This document shows positions 1-12,720 of a stretch of 64,000 nucleotides of DNA, piece by piece. The stretch lies in the NCBI RefSeq assembly GCF_009914755.1, contig NC_060936.1; one strand, written 5' to 3'. The number at the start of each line of letters is the position of its first letter. The stretch's first letter is position 1. The notes beneath the pieces are model-generated. The model did not search any database and was not told the origin of the DNA. It worked only from the letters and a program-made list of their open reading frames with translations. The stretch comes from the human T2T-CHM13v2.0 reference genome, Homo sapiens. The translations under genes and the position numbers were made by a program.

Positions 1-409
1 TCCTTCTTAAGAAAGGAAGCTGACCATTGAGGGAGTTTATTCAGAATTCCTTCCTTCTGTCTACTAAGGCAATATTTTACTAGGCATGTGCAGTTGGTTT
101 CTTATTTAATGCCAATTTCACTATCCCATCTCTTCCCATAAGATGTTTCTACATTCTTCATACAAACAAAGTTTTGGTAGCTCACCGTGATCTTCCAGAC
201 GTGCAATATAGATTCAAGATGTAACTGTCTGCTGCACATTAATCCTTGTAATTACTGTAGCACCAACCATATTCCTAAACTTAATATACAGATAATTAAA
301 TCAAGCTTTGTTTATTAAATAAAATGTCTTTAAAGAATAAAGCAATTATTTATTCTGAATTATGAGTCATTAATAATAGTAACTAACATTGAGTCATTAT
401 TGTATGTTA

Positions 410-703
<294 letters not shown>

Positions 704-739
704 TATTGTATGTTAAAATTCTATATCTGATACTCTCAA

Positions 740-1230
740 TATGTGCTACACACCATACTAAGGCCCTTGGGGGAATAATGGTGACCAGAACATTCTCTAA
801 GTAGAATAGAGATCACAGTTTAGTGGAATAAATAATGCTAAACAAAGGAACAAAACAAAAGTAAATATTGGCAGATTTTAAAAATGTATCTGAAGGAATA
901 ATAGTTTAATGAGAGAGAATAAAAAAACTGAGCATGAGTGGTCAGGAAAATATAATTTGTGAACCAAAACTAACGGGAATAAAAATGGTCATGAGAAGAT
1001 CTAGAGGAAAAACATCACAAGTGGGGTCAAAAGGCAAGTAGATTTTGATGAAGGTAAGAGCATGATAGGTTTTTTAATATGACAGAGGGCTGACGTGAAC
1101 AGAGCAAAGTAAGAAAGTAGAAGTGGGAAGGGCCAGTTAGGCAGGGTCTCATAGGATCTGCCAAGAGGTTTGAATTTTATTATAATGGTAGTAGAAAGAC
1201 AATATTTTTTTTTAAGGAGGCATAGGTTAG
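740..1230. mobile_element. Degenerate L2 fragment
   Basis: L2-like phrases (ctaaggcccttggggga, atcacagtttagtgg, aagaggtttgaattttatt); boundaries approximate. Confidence 0.55.
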
Positions 1231-2329
1231 TATTTTAATCTTTGCATTTTCTAAAGTATATTTGACAATCCATCATTCATGATGTTATGCATATTTAAAA
1301 TAATTAGCTTTGCTCATAAAATTTAAAGTAGGTACACATCGTCCTACTTACATTTGCAAAAGCTTTTGTGACTTGCAATTATACCAATTTCCAAATGAGC
1401 CTATGCCACTATTCTTTATGAACATTTCAAATAATAGCTCATTATGAATGCTCATCAACAAATAGGAAGTTTCAAATAAGAATATTCCATCATACTTATT
1501 TTTAAATTTATTTGTGTGAAGTCTATGGATGTCTTCTATAAAATAGGCCCTGAATTTTTAGAGAAATGAAGTCCACAGCTTTCTGAGCAGCATTCTTTTA
1601 TAAGGAAAGCTTTTCTTTTGTTCTTCTCTTACTTTTTAGTTGTTATTTTAATTTAGCAAAAGTATGGACTTGCATATTTTTTCTATTTTGAAATCAATAT
1701 ATTAGATTTAGATTTCATTTTAGTCATTATTCATTTTGATAATCATATTTGTCCAGTTGAGCTGTTTAATCTGACTCCAATGTTGTCTTTTTGACAGATC
1801 TCCACTAGTAGGGAGAATTTTCTCACTTTCTTGGACAATAAAATATTCCAGTTAACTTTCAAATTTCACTGTCCCAGACCTGAAACCAGTCATTTCTACT
1901 ACAAGCACTATTAGTTTAAGTAGGTAGTAGTATCTAGATTTGCCTCAAATATTGCTCATTGCTGATAAGGTGTCTGTTTTCATGCCTTTTTATAATGACT
2001 TCACTTCAATGCCTTTAAGTCCAAATCAAATCATAATTCAATATCACTCTTCCTCTCTTTTTCCCACTCCACATTTTTATCTTTTCACCAGAATATGAGC
2101 AATTGTTCACAAGAATGTTAATGTTTATTTACTTCTTACTGTAATAAACAAATTTAGCTTAATGTTTTGATGTATAAGATAATAAAATGGTTCTAAATTC
2201 AAAATCATTGGAAAAATATATTCAAAAAAAGTGTATCCACATATTTAACACTTCCAATTCACCTCTTGTATTTTTATTAGTTTCCAAAGCCTATTGTTTT
2301 TGTATAAACAACTACTTTAAAATATAGTT

Positions 2330-2950
2330 TCATTTTCATTTTTAATAAAAAGCATATCATATAAGCTGTCTTACCCTATTTTTTAACTTAATAGTATAGC
2401 CTGAAAAGCTCTTTATATCAGTTCACAAATATTTTTCTTAATTCTTTATAGCTGCATAATGTTCCAATGCATAAATGTAACTATTTTTCCAGTCAATAAC
2501 CTATGTATCTTTCCAGATGATTTTCAGGATATTTATAGGAAAATTGCTCCTATAAATAAATGTGTGCCTATGTTTTTATTGTGGTTATTTTCCTTAGTGT
2601 ATGTTTATTTTTAGGATAAAATTCCTAGAAGCAAAATTGCTAGACCAATGACTAAAAGCAAATGTAGTTTCATAAAATTTTTCCAAAATTCCTCCATAAG
2701 GATTGTACCATTGTTCACGCTCACCAGAAATCTATGAAAGTTTGTCTTTTACTTTTCCAGTCTTGTTAGCAAAATGTGTGGTCAGGCTTTTGAAACTTGA
2801 CTATCTAAAAGGTGAAAAACACATACTGTAATTTTAATTTACATTTATCTTACTATAAGTGAGGTTGAGCAACTTTACATTTATTTTAGGATCAACCGTG
2901 GCCATCTATGTTTTTGGCTTATTTTTCTAATACATTTTGGGTCTTCAATC
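2330..2950 (-). mobile_element. Old L1 (L1ME-like) fragment
   Basis: Antisense ORF2-end motifs ggataaaattcctagaagcaaaattgctag, ggattgtaccattgttcacgctcaccag. Confidence 0.7.
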
Positions 2951-3527
2951 CTCAATTACTTTAATGGTGTTTATTTTGATAGAGAGCTATAGTTTATATG
3001 TAAAGAAATGTTAAGATCTTACTTGTACAGTTTCAAGAGACTTGAGGAATATATACTCAGTTATTGCCACCACAGTCAAAGTAAAGAACACTTTCAGCAT
3101 CCCAGAAAGTTCCCTCCTGACTCTTTCTAGTTAATGGCAATGTCTGCTCCCCAAGGCAAACTATATTTTGACTTTAAATAGCATATGTAACATATGTATT
3201 TTTTTGAATTTTATATAAATAGAATCATACTCTGTAACTCTTTTGGTTGGGCTCAGCATTATACCTGTGAGATTAATCAGTGTTCCTCCCTAAAACTTCA
3301 ATCCCTGACCCTCATGCCTTGGGGCAACAAGTGTGTCAGTAGCTTATTCCTTATATGGCTGAGTGGTATTCCATGAGCAGTTTATCCCTTCTGCTGTTAC
3401 TTGTTTCCAAATTTGGGGTACTCTAAATTAAGCTACTATTTAACATTCTCATACAGGTCTTTATTGAACATATGCTTTTATTTCTCTTTGATAAATATTT
3501 AGGAAAGCCATATAAGAAATTTTTATG

Positions 3528-4165
3528 TTGGCATGATGTGGAAAAAAGGAAATTCATACACTGTTGATGGGAAAGTAAGTTAGTAAAACCTCTGTGGAAA
3601 AGAGTATGGAGATTTCTCAAAGAGCTAAAAATGGAACTATTGTTCAATCTAGCAATCTCACTACTGGGAATCTGCCCAAAAGAAAATAAAATGTATTGTT
3701 AAAAATACGCCTGGATTCATATGTTTATTACAGCACTATTCAAAATGCAAATATATGGAAACAAGTGACCATCAATGGATGATTGAATAAATAAAATATA
3801 AAATACACCATGGAATAATATACACAATGGCATACAATTCAACCATGAAAAAGAGTAAAATCATGTATTTTGCAGCAACAGGGATGGAACGGGAAAAAAT
3901 TCAGACACAGAAAGACCAATATCTGATGTTCTCACTTATAAATGGGAGCTAAATAATGTGTACTAATGGAAGTAGAGTGTAAAATGATAGACAATGGAGA
4001 TTCAAAAGGGTGAAGGAGTGGGAGGGATGGATGATGACAAATTGCTATGAATATAATGTATGTTATTCAGGTGAGGGATACCCTAAAAGCCTTTACTATA
4101 TTACTATGCGATCTATGCATGCAACACAATTATACTTTTACTCCATAAATATATTCAAATTTATA
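3528..4165 (+). mobile_element. L1PB-type 3' end, 5'-truncated
   Basis: Sense ORF2 end/3'UTR (atggagatttctcaaagagctaaaaatggaacta ... gggataccctaaaagc); 14-bp TSD aagaaattt(t/g)tatg at 3514-3527 and 4166-4179. Confidence 0.88.
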
Positions 4166-4688
4166 AAGAAATTTGTATGAAATTTTGAAATGTTTTTCAG
4201 AGTTGTTTCACTGTTTTACATCCCAACAAGCTAGATATGAATATTCTAATTATCCCAAATCTTTAGCAACATTTTGTGTTGTCAGTTGTTTAATTTCAGC
4301 TATTCTAATGAATAATTATCATATTTCATTGCAGTTTCATGTTGCATTTCCTTGATGGCTAATGACCTTAACAGATTTTTTATGGACTAATAGGCTATTT
4401 GACTATCATTTTTTATAAAATATGTATTCAGATTTTTCACCAATATTTTATTACATTGTCTTTTAATTATTTATCTGTAGTGGGGTTTTTTTATATTCAA
4501 TATGTTAATTTTTTTATACATACACTGTAAATATTTTCTCTAAGTCTATGTTTTCTCTTTTCATTTGTAAAAATTATTTTTTTGATGTGAAGAAATATTT
4601 TACATTGTTAAAATCCAGCATGTCACTTTTATTCCTTTATAATTAGTGCTTTTTTATTCTGTCTAAAAAAAATTGTTTTCTACCACAG

Positions 4689-5132
4689 TGATATTGTTTG
4701 GAATTTGTCTCCACCAAATCTTATGTTGAAATGAGATTCCAATGTTTGAAGTAGAGCCTGGTAGTAAGTGATTGGATCCTGGTGGCAGATCCCTCATGAA
4801 TGGCTTGGCACTATCCCCTTCATGATAAGTGAGTCTTCTCTCAGTTAGTTCACAAGAAATCTGGCTGTTTAACAGTCTGGAACCTTTCCTTTCTCCCTCT
4901 CTTCCTTCTGTTCTCCTGTGACATGATGGTTCCCTGCTGCTGTTTTGGTTATACATTCAATTATACATTGATTATACATATGATTTACATTTCCTGAGGT
5001 ATCACCAGAAGCAGATACCAGCACCATGTTTCCTTTAAAGCCTACAGAACCATGAGCCAATTAAACTTCTTTTCTTTGTAAATTTTCCAGCCTCAGGTAT
5101 TTATTTAGAGTAATGCAAAACACCCTAATATA
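4689..5132 (+). mobile_element. MST-family (MSTB-like) MaLR solo LTR
   Basis: Starts tgatattgtttgga; gcagatccctcatgaatggcttggcac; agcctacagaaccatgagccaattaaac; ends ctaatata. Confidence 0.9.
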
Positions 5133-5902
5133 ACTAGGATAGCAAAATATTTTTCTAAGATTATCTTGTAAGTATAATTTTAGCTTTTTAAATTAAGTCT
5201 AGGATCAATCTTTTTCTATATTTGTATAGTTACCAGAAAACAATTTTTTCAAGATATTTCTTTCCCTCAGTTAAACTTCTTTGGAGCCTTTGAAGAAAAT
5301 AATGTGACCATATATGTATGAGTCTTCCGGCATCTATTCTGTTCCATCACTTTACCTGTCTATCTTTATACCAATATTATGCTTTCTTGATTTTTATAGA
5401 TTTTTACTGTTTTAAAATCAGAAAATGCATATTTACAAACTCTTCTTTTTAAATAATATTTAGACTATTTTAACACTTTTCAATTCCAAATAAATTTTAA
5501 AATCAGTCCATCAGTTTCTGCAAGAAAAAAAAAGTGTGCAATAATTTTGATTTGGACAGCATAAGTTTACATAACAACAAGTCTTCCAATTCATGACTGC
5601 AGTATCTTTCCTCATTAATATACATCTTCTTTAATGTAATTATTGTAGTTTTTGATGTAGAAGGTTTAAATATGACATGTCAAACTCATTCCTAAGAATT
5701 ATGCATTTAATAATATGTTTAACATTTTTTAAAATTTGTCTTTCAATTGTTTATTGTTCATATAGAAATGCAATTAGCATATTGACCTTGTGTCATACAA
5801 CCCTGCTCAATCTATGTGTTAGTTTTAGTACACATGTATACATTGCAAAAATTTTCCCATTATCCAATTAGTTCTTCAAGAGTGTCCTTGAGCAAAAAAC
5901 AC

Positions 5903-5942
5903 CTACATGATGTATATATTCTACATGATCTATATATTCTAC
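5903..5942. repeat. 18-bp tandem repeat x2.2 (ctacatgat(g/c)tatatatt)
   Basis: Directly visible copies at 5903-5920 and 5921-5938. Confidence 0.85.
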
Positions 5943-7049
5943 TCATGGAATATCCTCATACCCTAGTATGACATTTTTTATTGTTCCATAAAGTTACTTC
6001 TGGTTATAGGTTTTCTTTTTATTTAACTGAACTAACTACAATCTCCAGTTTAATACTGAATAGTAAGACAGCTTTGTCAAATCCTTCTGTTACTTGTGAT
6101 GCTTTTAATATTTAATCATAAAATATACTGTTACTGTGTGTATCCCATATCTGTCTTTTAAATTTTGTTGTTTGTTTATTCCTAATTATGTAAGACTTTA
6201 ATATGAATGTGTGTTAAATTCTATTAAATTATAACTGTAAATTTGTCACATTACAGCGTCTTCTCTGTTCTACTACTAATAGTGGTCTTGAGTTCAGAAT
6301 AATAATATAATTCATCAGAAATAGTAGATTTCACACACACTAAGTATACTTACTTTTAAGAAAAAAATATAAGAAATAGCACAGTACGGTTAGTGACGTA
6401 TGATGATTTAATTAAAATTTTATTGCATTATTACATCAAAATTTTAAGAGGATATTCATGCCAGACACAAGATAAATGGTAATATAGGTGAAGAATATAT
6501 CCTAGACCAACTACGTAAATGTCATTGTCAAGATTGTTTATTGTATGATAAGTAACAGGTTTGAGATTAAGCAGCTGCATCAGAAAATGACTTACTGTCA
6601 CATATCCCTGAGGTGGTTATGTGACTGTTAGTTATATATGCCTGATTAGTTAAATAAAAAAGGTGAATGGACAGAATTATTTGGATTCCTTAAGCTATAT
6701 ACATAAACTCACTTCATCTCTCATAACCTTGAATATCCCATATATGATGAGTGGGACATGAACAGCTGTGCTGGGAATCGTGATACCTTTGCTCTCCTAT
6801 TGCAAGTTTCACTATTTCCTTTTAAAGCTAAGTAAGTTTAGCGCTGCCTGATTCCTGTCCTCTTTTAAGAGTCTGATCATCAACTTGAACTTAGGACACT
6901 GCTGGTAGAATTAACTAAATTGACAAAGATTACATTTTGATATTTATTATTGTTACATTACCCTTATCATCCTGAAATAAATTCTACATGATCATGATAT
7001 ATTTTATTAATATATTATTACTCTATTTTAATAATATTTAATTACTTTT

Positions 7050-7920
7050 GCAAACATTCATTTCTTCATGCAATTGTTAATTATTCATGCAAACATTTGC
7101 ATTTCTGATCATGAATGAGACTGGCCAGTAGATTTATTTGTTTGCTGGCTTATCAGTTTGCTCGTTGATACTCTTTTTTAAAAATATAAATTTAAACCAA
7201 GACTGTAAGTTTTGTAAACTGTTTGGATAAGTCTCCATTTCCCCACCTTCAAAATGTTTTATGAAGATGAGAATGATCTCTTTCTTGAATGATTGCTAAA
7301 ATTTTTTCTAAAACTGCCTTGGCACTATCTTTCTCTTTATAGGTAGAAAATGCACTACCTTCATATATCTCCTGCGTTTATTGATCTCTTGAGGGCCTAT
7401 GCTTGCTTCTGAGCCAGTTTTAGAAAAGTACTTTCTTTTTCTCAGAAGAGTGACTATTTTGCCTATGTTGTCAAATTTATTGCTATTAAGCTGAACACAA
7501 TATTGACTTGTTATTTTATCTCTCTTCCTTAAAGCTTCACTTATACACTCTTTTGTCCCAAGACTTACTAGTGTATGCTTTCTCCTTTCTTTTGTAATCA
7601 CAATTGCAATAAATTTGTTGATTAAATTGTGTTTGTAAAGAATATGAATTTTTATTAATAATTTATACAATTGTTTTTCTAGTTAATTAATTCGGGTTTC
7701 TCTATAGCAAATTACTTTCTGGTAATGTCTTTTTATCATTCTTATTTAAAACAAAGCAATCCAAACATTTTTCTATGAGCATTCTTTTGCCTTTGTGCCA
7801 GTGGTTTGATAGGTGTTTAGTTCTTGTCTCTTAAAATGTTGCTTGCCTTTAAATATTTGGTTATTCTTGATTCCATTCTTATTGTTGTGTTGCTCATTTT
7901 CTGTATGTTAACTGAATCCT
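7050..7920 (-). mobile_element. Highly decayed L1 ORF2 fragment
   Basis: T-rich antisense L1 motifs (ttgcatttctgatcatgaatgagactggc, tcaaatttattgc); the 7308-7670 ORF has faint L1 ORF2 character. Confidence 0.55.
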
Positions 7921-8222
7921 ATATATATTTACCACAGCTTTTTTGTGTGTATAGAGGACTATGATGCTGTCAAATTTTACTTCAGAATGAATTCATTGAT
8001 GGAATTAGGAGGGGAAGTTCAACTGCTGCTGGACTGAGCCAGCGTCGCATTCTCTGGAACAGGAATCTCCTGCCTGCTTAGCACTAGCCAACTTTGCCAC
8101 TGGTCTTTCTCTCTAGTGCATTATCCCACACTATTTTTTGTTTTTGACTACTGTGTCTCTCTTAGTAGCCCTTAAATAAAGTGTCTAATTTTTTAAATTT
8201 CATTTTATAATTCTAAATTGTT

Positions 8223-8507
8223 GGCCGGGCACAGTGGCTCATGCCTGTAATACCAGCACTTTGAGAGGCTAGGTAAGTGGATAACTTGAGGCCAGGAGTT
8301 TGAGACCAGCTTGGCCAACATAGTGAAACCCCATCTCTACTAAAAATACAAAAATTAGCCTGGTGTAGCGAATCACACCTGTAATCCCAGGTACTCAGCA
8401 GGTTGAGGCATGAGAACCGCTTAAACCTGGGAGGCAGAGGTTGCAGTCAGCCGAGATCACACCACTGCACTCCAGCCTGGGTGACAGAGCAGAACTCTGT
8501 CTTAAAA
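8223..8507 (+). mobile_element. Alu (old S/Jb type)
   Basis: ggccgggcacagtggctcatgcctgtaat ... cactgcactccagcctgggtgacagagc. Confidence 0.96.
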
Positions 8508-8650
8508 TATGTATATGTGTGTATATACATAAACACCCACCATACATACATATATATATATATAGTAGATAGATTAATAGATAAATGTACGTATGTGTAT
8601 GTCTGTGTGCACATATATGTGTATGTGTGTATGTCCATGTGTATGTATGT
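8508..8650. repeat. Compound (TA)/(TG)/(CA) microsatellite replacing the Alu tail
   Basis: Alternating purine-pyrimidine dinucleotide tracts immediately after the Alu. Confidence 0.9.
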
Positions 8651-9862
8651 CCTATGCATTTTATGAACTCAGAGTGGATGAGGGAATGTATGTTTACAGT
8701 CTCATTTGAATCAATATTTTACTTATCTTCAGATTACACTTTTTAAATCAGATTTTAAAATGGCTGTGTTATAGAGTTTAGTAAGTGTTGAGGATTGAGA
8801 GCTCAGTATATGCAACATATTTAGTTTCTTTCCTATATTCTAAATCAGTTGAGAGAGAGATACATGAGTAGAGATCAAGTACCAAAGTATAGAACTTATG
8901 GATTATGTACACTAGATGTGCAAACACTATGACTGTATTCTTGAATTAAACAGTAGTATTCAACCACCCAAATCCAGGTAGTACCAAAAAAAAAAACCAC
9001 TGTCCTCTCAAAAAGAGGATACTGGGGGAAGCAAAATAGTTAATGTGCTCTCTGTAGGCAGGCATACATAAAGAGAGGGGAAAGGGAAGAATTTGCAGTA
9101 CACATTACTAATTTCTGTTCACCATTTACCATTCAGATAATTCACTCCTACTTTGGGACTGGGTGGGTGAATAAGCAGAAAAAAGGGGCAGGATAACTTT
9201 ACTTTTGGATATTCTTCCATCTGGAAATAGAAGTTGAGAAAAAATGTCTCCCTGTCTTCTTTCATTGAATTACAGATTGTAAGTAGTTTCAAGTTTTAAA
9301 AAGCTGGTAAAATGTCTAATCCATTGGTTAGCAGTTCATAAGCAGTATTATAAGTATTCTATAATTACAAGTTCTTCTCATCAGAACGTGGAACTACACG
9401 TTCTTCTCATTAAAATGTGGACTATTCTCCAGGACAGACCATTCATTAAGTCACAAAGCAAGACTTAACATATGAAAAAAAAATCACATCAAGTGTTTTC
9501 TTAGACTACAGTGGAAGAAAACTAGAAATAAATAATAACAAGAACTTTTGAAACCATACGAATAGTGGGAATTAAACAACGTTCTCCTGAATAATAATTG
9601 AGTCAATGAAGAAATTAAGAAAAATATTTTAAAATTTACAGGAACAAATGAAAATTGAAACATAACATACCAAAACCTATCAGAGCAAACAACAGCAGTG
9701 TTAAGAGGAAAGTTTGTAGTAATAAATGGCTATGTCAAAAAGGTAGAAAGATTTCAAATAAAAAAACTAATGATGCACATCAAAAATTAGAAAAGCAAGA
9801 ACAGGGCACTGCATACACAAACCTATGTAGCACATCAAAAGCAGTGCTAAGAAGGAAACAAA

Positions 9863-10112
9863 GGCTGGGCATGGGGGCTCACACCTGTAATCCCCACAAT
9901 TTGGGAGGCCAAGTAGGGTGGATCGCTTGAGTCCAGAAGGTCGAGGCCAGCCTGGACAACATGGCAAAACACAATCTCTACAAAAAAACTTACAAAGAAT
10001 AGTTGGGCATAGTGGTGTGTGTCTGTGGTCTGCATCAGTGAGCTGTGATTGTGCCACTGCACTTCAGCCTGGGCAACAGAATGAGGCTTTGTCTCAAAAA
10101 GAAAATAATCAT
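9863..10112 (+). mobile_element. AluJ with internal right-arm deletion
   Basis: ggctgggcatgg...gcttgagtccag (J diagnostic); right arm jumps from gtctgtggtc to tgcatcagtgagctgtgatt. Confidence 0.9.
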
Positions 10113-11234
10113 AAATAAAAAGGAGGAAATGTATAGCAAAGAAAGATTCCCTACATCACAAAAAGGTAAAAAAAAAAAATCAAATAACTTAATGAAGTAC
10201 CTCAAGGTAGAAAGGAAAATGAAGCCAAATGCAAAATTAGTAAAAGAAAATAAATAATAAATATCAGAGTTACTAAATGAAATAGATACTTAAAAATACA
10301 AAGAATCACTAAAACAAAATGTGTTTTTTCAATAAACAAAACTGATAGATTTGTAGCTACACTAAAGTAAAAAAGAGAGAAAGCTCAAATAAATAAAATC
10401 AGAAAAAAAATAGTAACATTACAACTGATTCACAGTAATAGGATTATTAGAGACTATCCTGAAGAACTATATACTGATGAATTGAAAAATAATACTATTA
10501 TGAAGAACTATACACATACATATTGGAAGACCTACAGGAAATGGAAAAATTTCTGGACATATATAACTTACTAAGATTGAACCAAGAAGAAAAAGAAAAT
10601 GTGAACATGTTAATAAGTAACATGATTTAATCAGTAATGAGAAGTCTCCCCAGACAAAAGGCCAGGACTGAATGGCTTAATTTCTGATCCTCCTAAACTA
10701 TTGAAGGAGAAGAAACACAAACTATTCTCAAACTATTTTGAAAAATTGAAGAGGTGGAAATTCTTTTCTGATTTATTTTATGAGGCCAGGATTACCTTCG
10801 TATCAAAATCAGACAAGAACAGAATAAAGATATAAAACTATAGCACAGTATACCTGATGAAAATAGATGCAAAAAAAGTTTAACAAAACATTAGCAAATG
10901 AAATCCAAGTAGATATCAAAATGATAATAGACTATAATCAAATGGGATTTATCCCAGTGATACAAGCATAGATCAATATATGCAAATTGATATGTTATAC
11001 ATCTCATCAACAGAATGAAGGGAAAAGTATGATTATCTCAATATATGCAGAAAAACCATTTAATGAAATTCAACATCCCTTTATTTTAAGAACTCTTAAA
11101 AAATGAGGCATAGAAGGACTATATCTCAGCATAATAAAGGCCATATAAGACAAATCCACAGCTAACATCATATTGAATGGAGAAAAGCTAAAGCCTTTCC
11201 TCTAGGAAGTAGAACAAGATAAGACTATCCACTT

Positions 11235-11770
11235 CCAAATGCCCATCAATGATATACTGGATAAAGAAAATAAGGCACATAGACACCATAGAATACTATG
11301 CAGCCATAAAAAAAGAATTAGTTCATGTCCTTTGCAGGGACATAGATGAAGCTGGAAACCATCATTCTCAGCAAACTAACACAGGAACAGAAAAACAAAC
11401 ACTGCATGTTCTCACTCATAAGTGGGAGTTGAACAATGAGAACACATGGACACAGGGAACAGAACATCACACACAGGGGCTGGTAGTGGGGAGGGGGCCA
11501 GGGGAAGGATAACATTAAGACAAATACCTAATGCATGCAGGGCTAAAAACCTGGTTGACGGGTTGATGGGTGCAAAAAGCCACCATGGCACATGTATACC
11601 TATGTAACATACCTGCATGTTCTGCACATGTATCCCAGAATTTAAAATATTATATATATATATATATACACTCAGATTTGATGATTACATATTTTATAGA
11701 CTTATCAAAATATCATTCTGCACCCCACAAATATACTCAATTATTATATGTAATCTAAAAATTATATATA
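11235..11770 (+). mobile_element. L1PA (PA7/PA8-like) 3' end with (TA)n tail
   Basis: gaagctggaaaccatcattctcagcaaactaacacagg, cctaatgcatgcagggct, tgcacatgtatcccagaa; TSD tat(c/t)cactt at 11226-11234 and 11771-11779. Confidence 0.92.
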
Positions 11771-12329
11771 TATTCACTTTCACCAGTCTTATTTAACATA
11801 GTCCTGGAGGTCCTAGCCACAGCAATTAGGCAATAGAAAGAAGTAGAGGACACCAAAATTGAAGAAGGTAAAGTAAAATTATTCCTCTTTGCAAATGATA
11901 TGTTCTTATGCATACAAGAACCCAAACACTTCTATCAAATCTCAGATGTTAGAAAATTCAATGAAGTTACAGGTTAAGAAAAAATCACCATACTAAAAAC
12001 AGTAGCATTTGTATACATGAATAACAAAGTATCTGAAAAAGAAATCAAGAAGATAATTTCATTGACAATAGCTACTAGAAAAAAATACTTGAAAGAAATT
12101 TAATCAAGGAGCTGAAATACCTCTATAATAAAATCTGTAAAACAGTGATGAAATAAATTACGGGGGACACAAACAAATGGAAAGGCAGCCCATATACATG
12201 GATTAGGAGAATTTTGTTAAAATGACCATATACTTCACAAAGCATTCTACAGATTCAATGCAATCACTATCAAAATAGCAATAACATTCTTCACAGAAAT
12301 ATAAAAAACAAATCCCAAAATTTGTATGC

Positions 12330-12720
12330 TTAAGTGTTCCTTTTTCTTCACAACCTCACCAGCATCTGATAATTTTTGAATTTTTAGTAATAGCCATTTT
12401 TACTGGTGTGAGGTGGTTCCTCATTGTGGTTTTGATTTGCATTTCTCTAATGATCAGCGATGCTGAACTTTTTTTCATATGATTGTTGGCTGCATGTATG
12501 TCTTCTTTTGAAAAGTGTCTGTTCATGTCTTTGCCCACTTTCTTATGGGGTTCTTTGCTGGGACCTTTTGCAGGAGGGAGAGAATCAGCAAAAATAACTA
12601 ATGGGTATTAGGCTGAATACCGAGATGATGAAATAATCCATACAGCAAACCCCCATGACACTAGTTTACCTAAATAGCAAACCTGCACTTGTACCTCCAA
12701 ACTTAAAAGTTTTTTAAAAA
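12330..12720 (+). mobile_element. Older L1PA/L1PREC-type insertion with 5' inversion
   Basis: 12330-12556 is antisense ORF2 C-terminus ([14 protein letters not shown]... on minus strand) joined to sense 3'UTR 12557-12720 (aaaataactaatgggta, aaacctgcacttgtacc). Confidence 0.85.

Larger units (their letters stand above)
2970..6240 (-). mobile_element. Old L1 (L1M) 3' end plus ORF2, interrupted by an L1PB and an MST LTR
   Basis: Collinear antisense L1 motifs (cccagaaagttccctc, ttgcatttccttgatggctaatgac, gtcttccaattcatgac, ttgaccttgtgtcatacaaccctgct) resume after each insertion. Confidence 0.75.

Noticed and set aside
6597-6625. Hairpin gtcacata...tatgtgac
   Set aside because: An 8-bp stem is within chance expectation
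5918-6993. Shared 13-mer attctacatgatc at 5918-5930 and 6981-6993
   Set aside because: No extension beyond the core; expected occasionally by chance in AT-rich DNA
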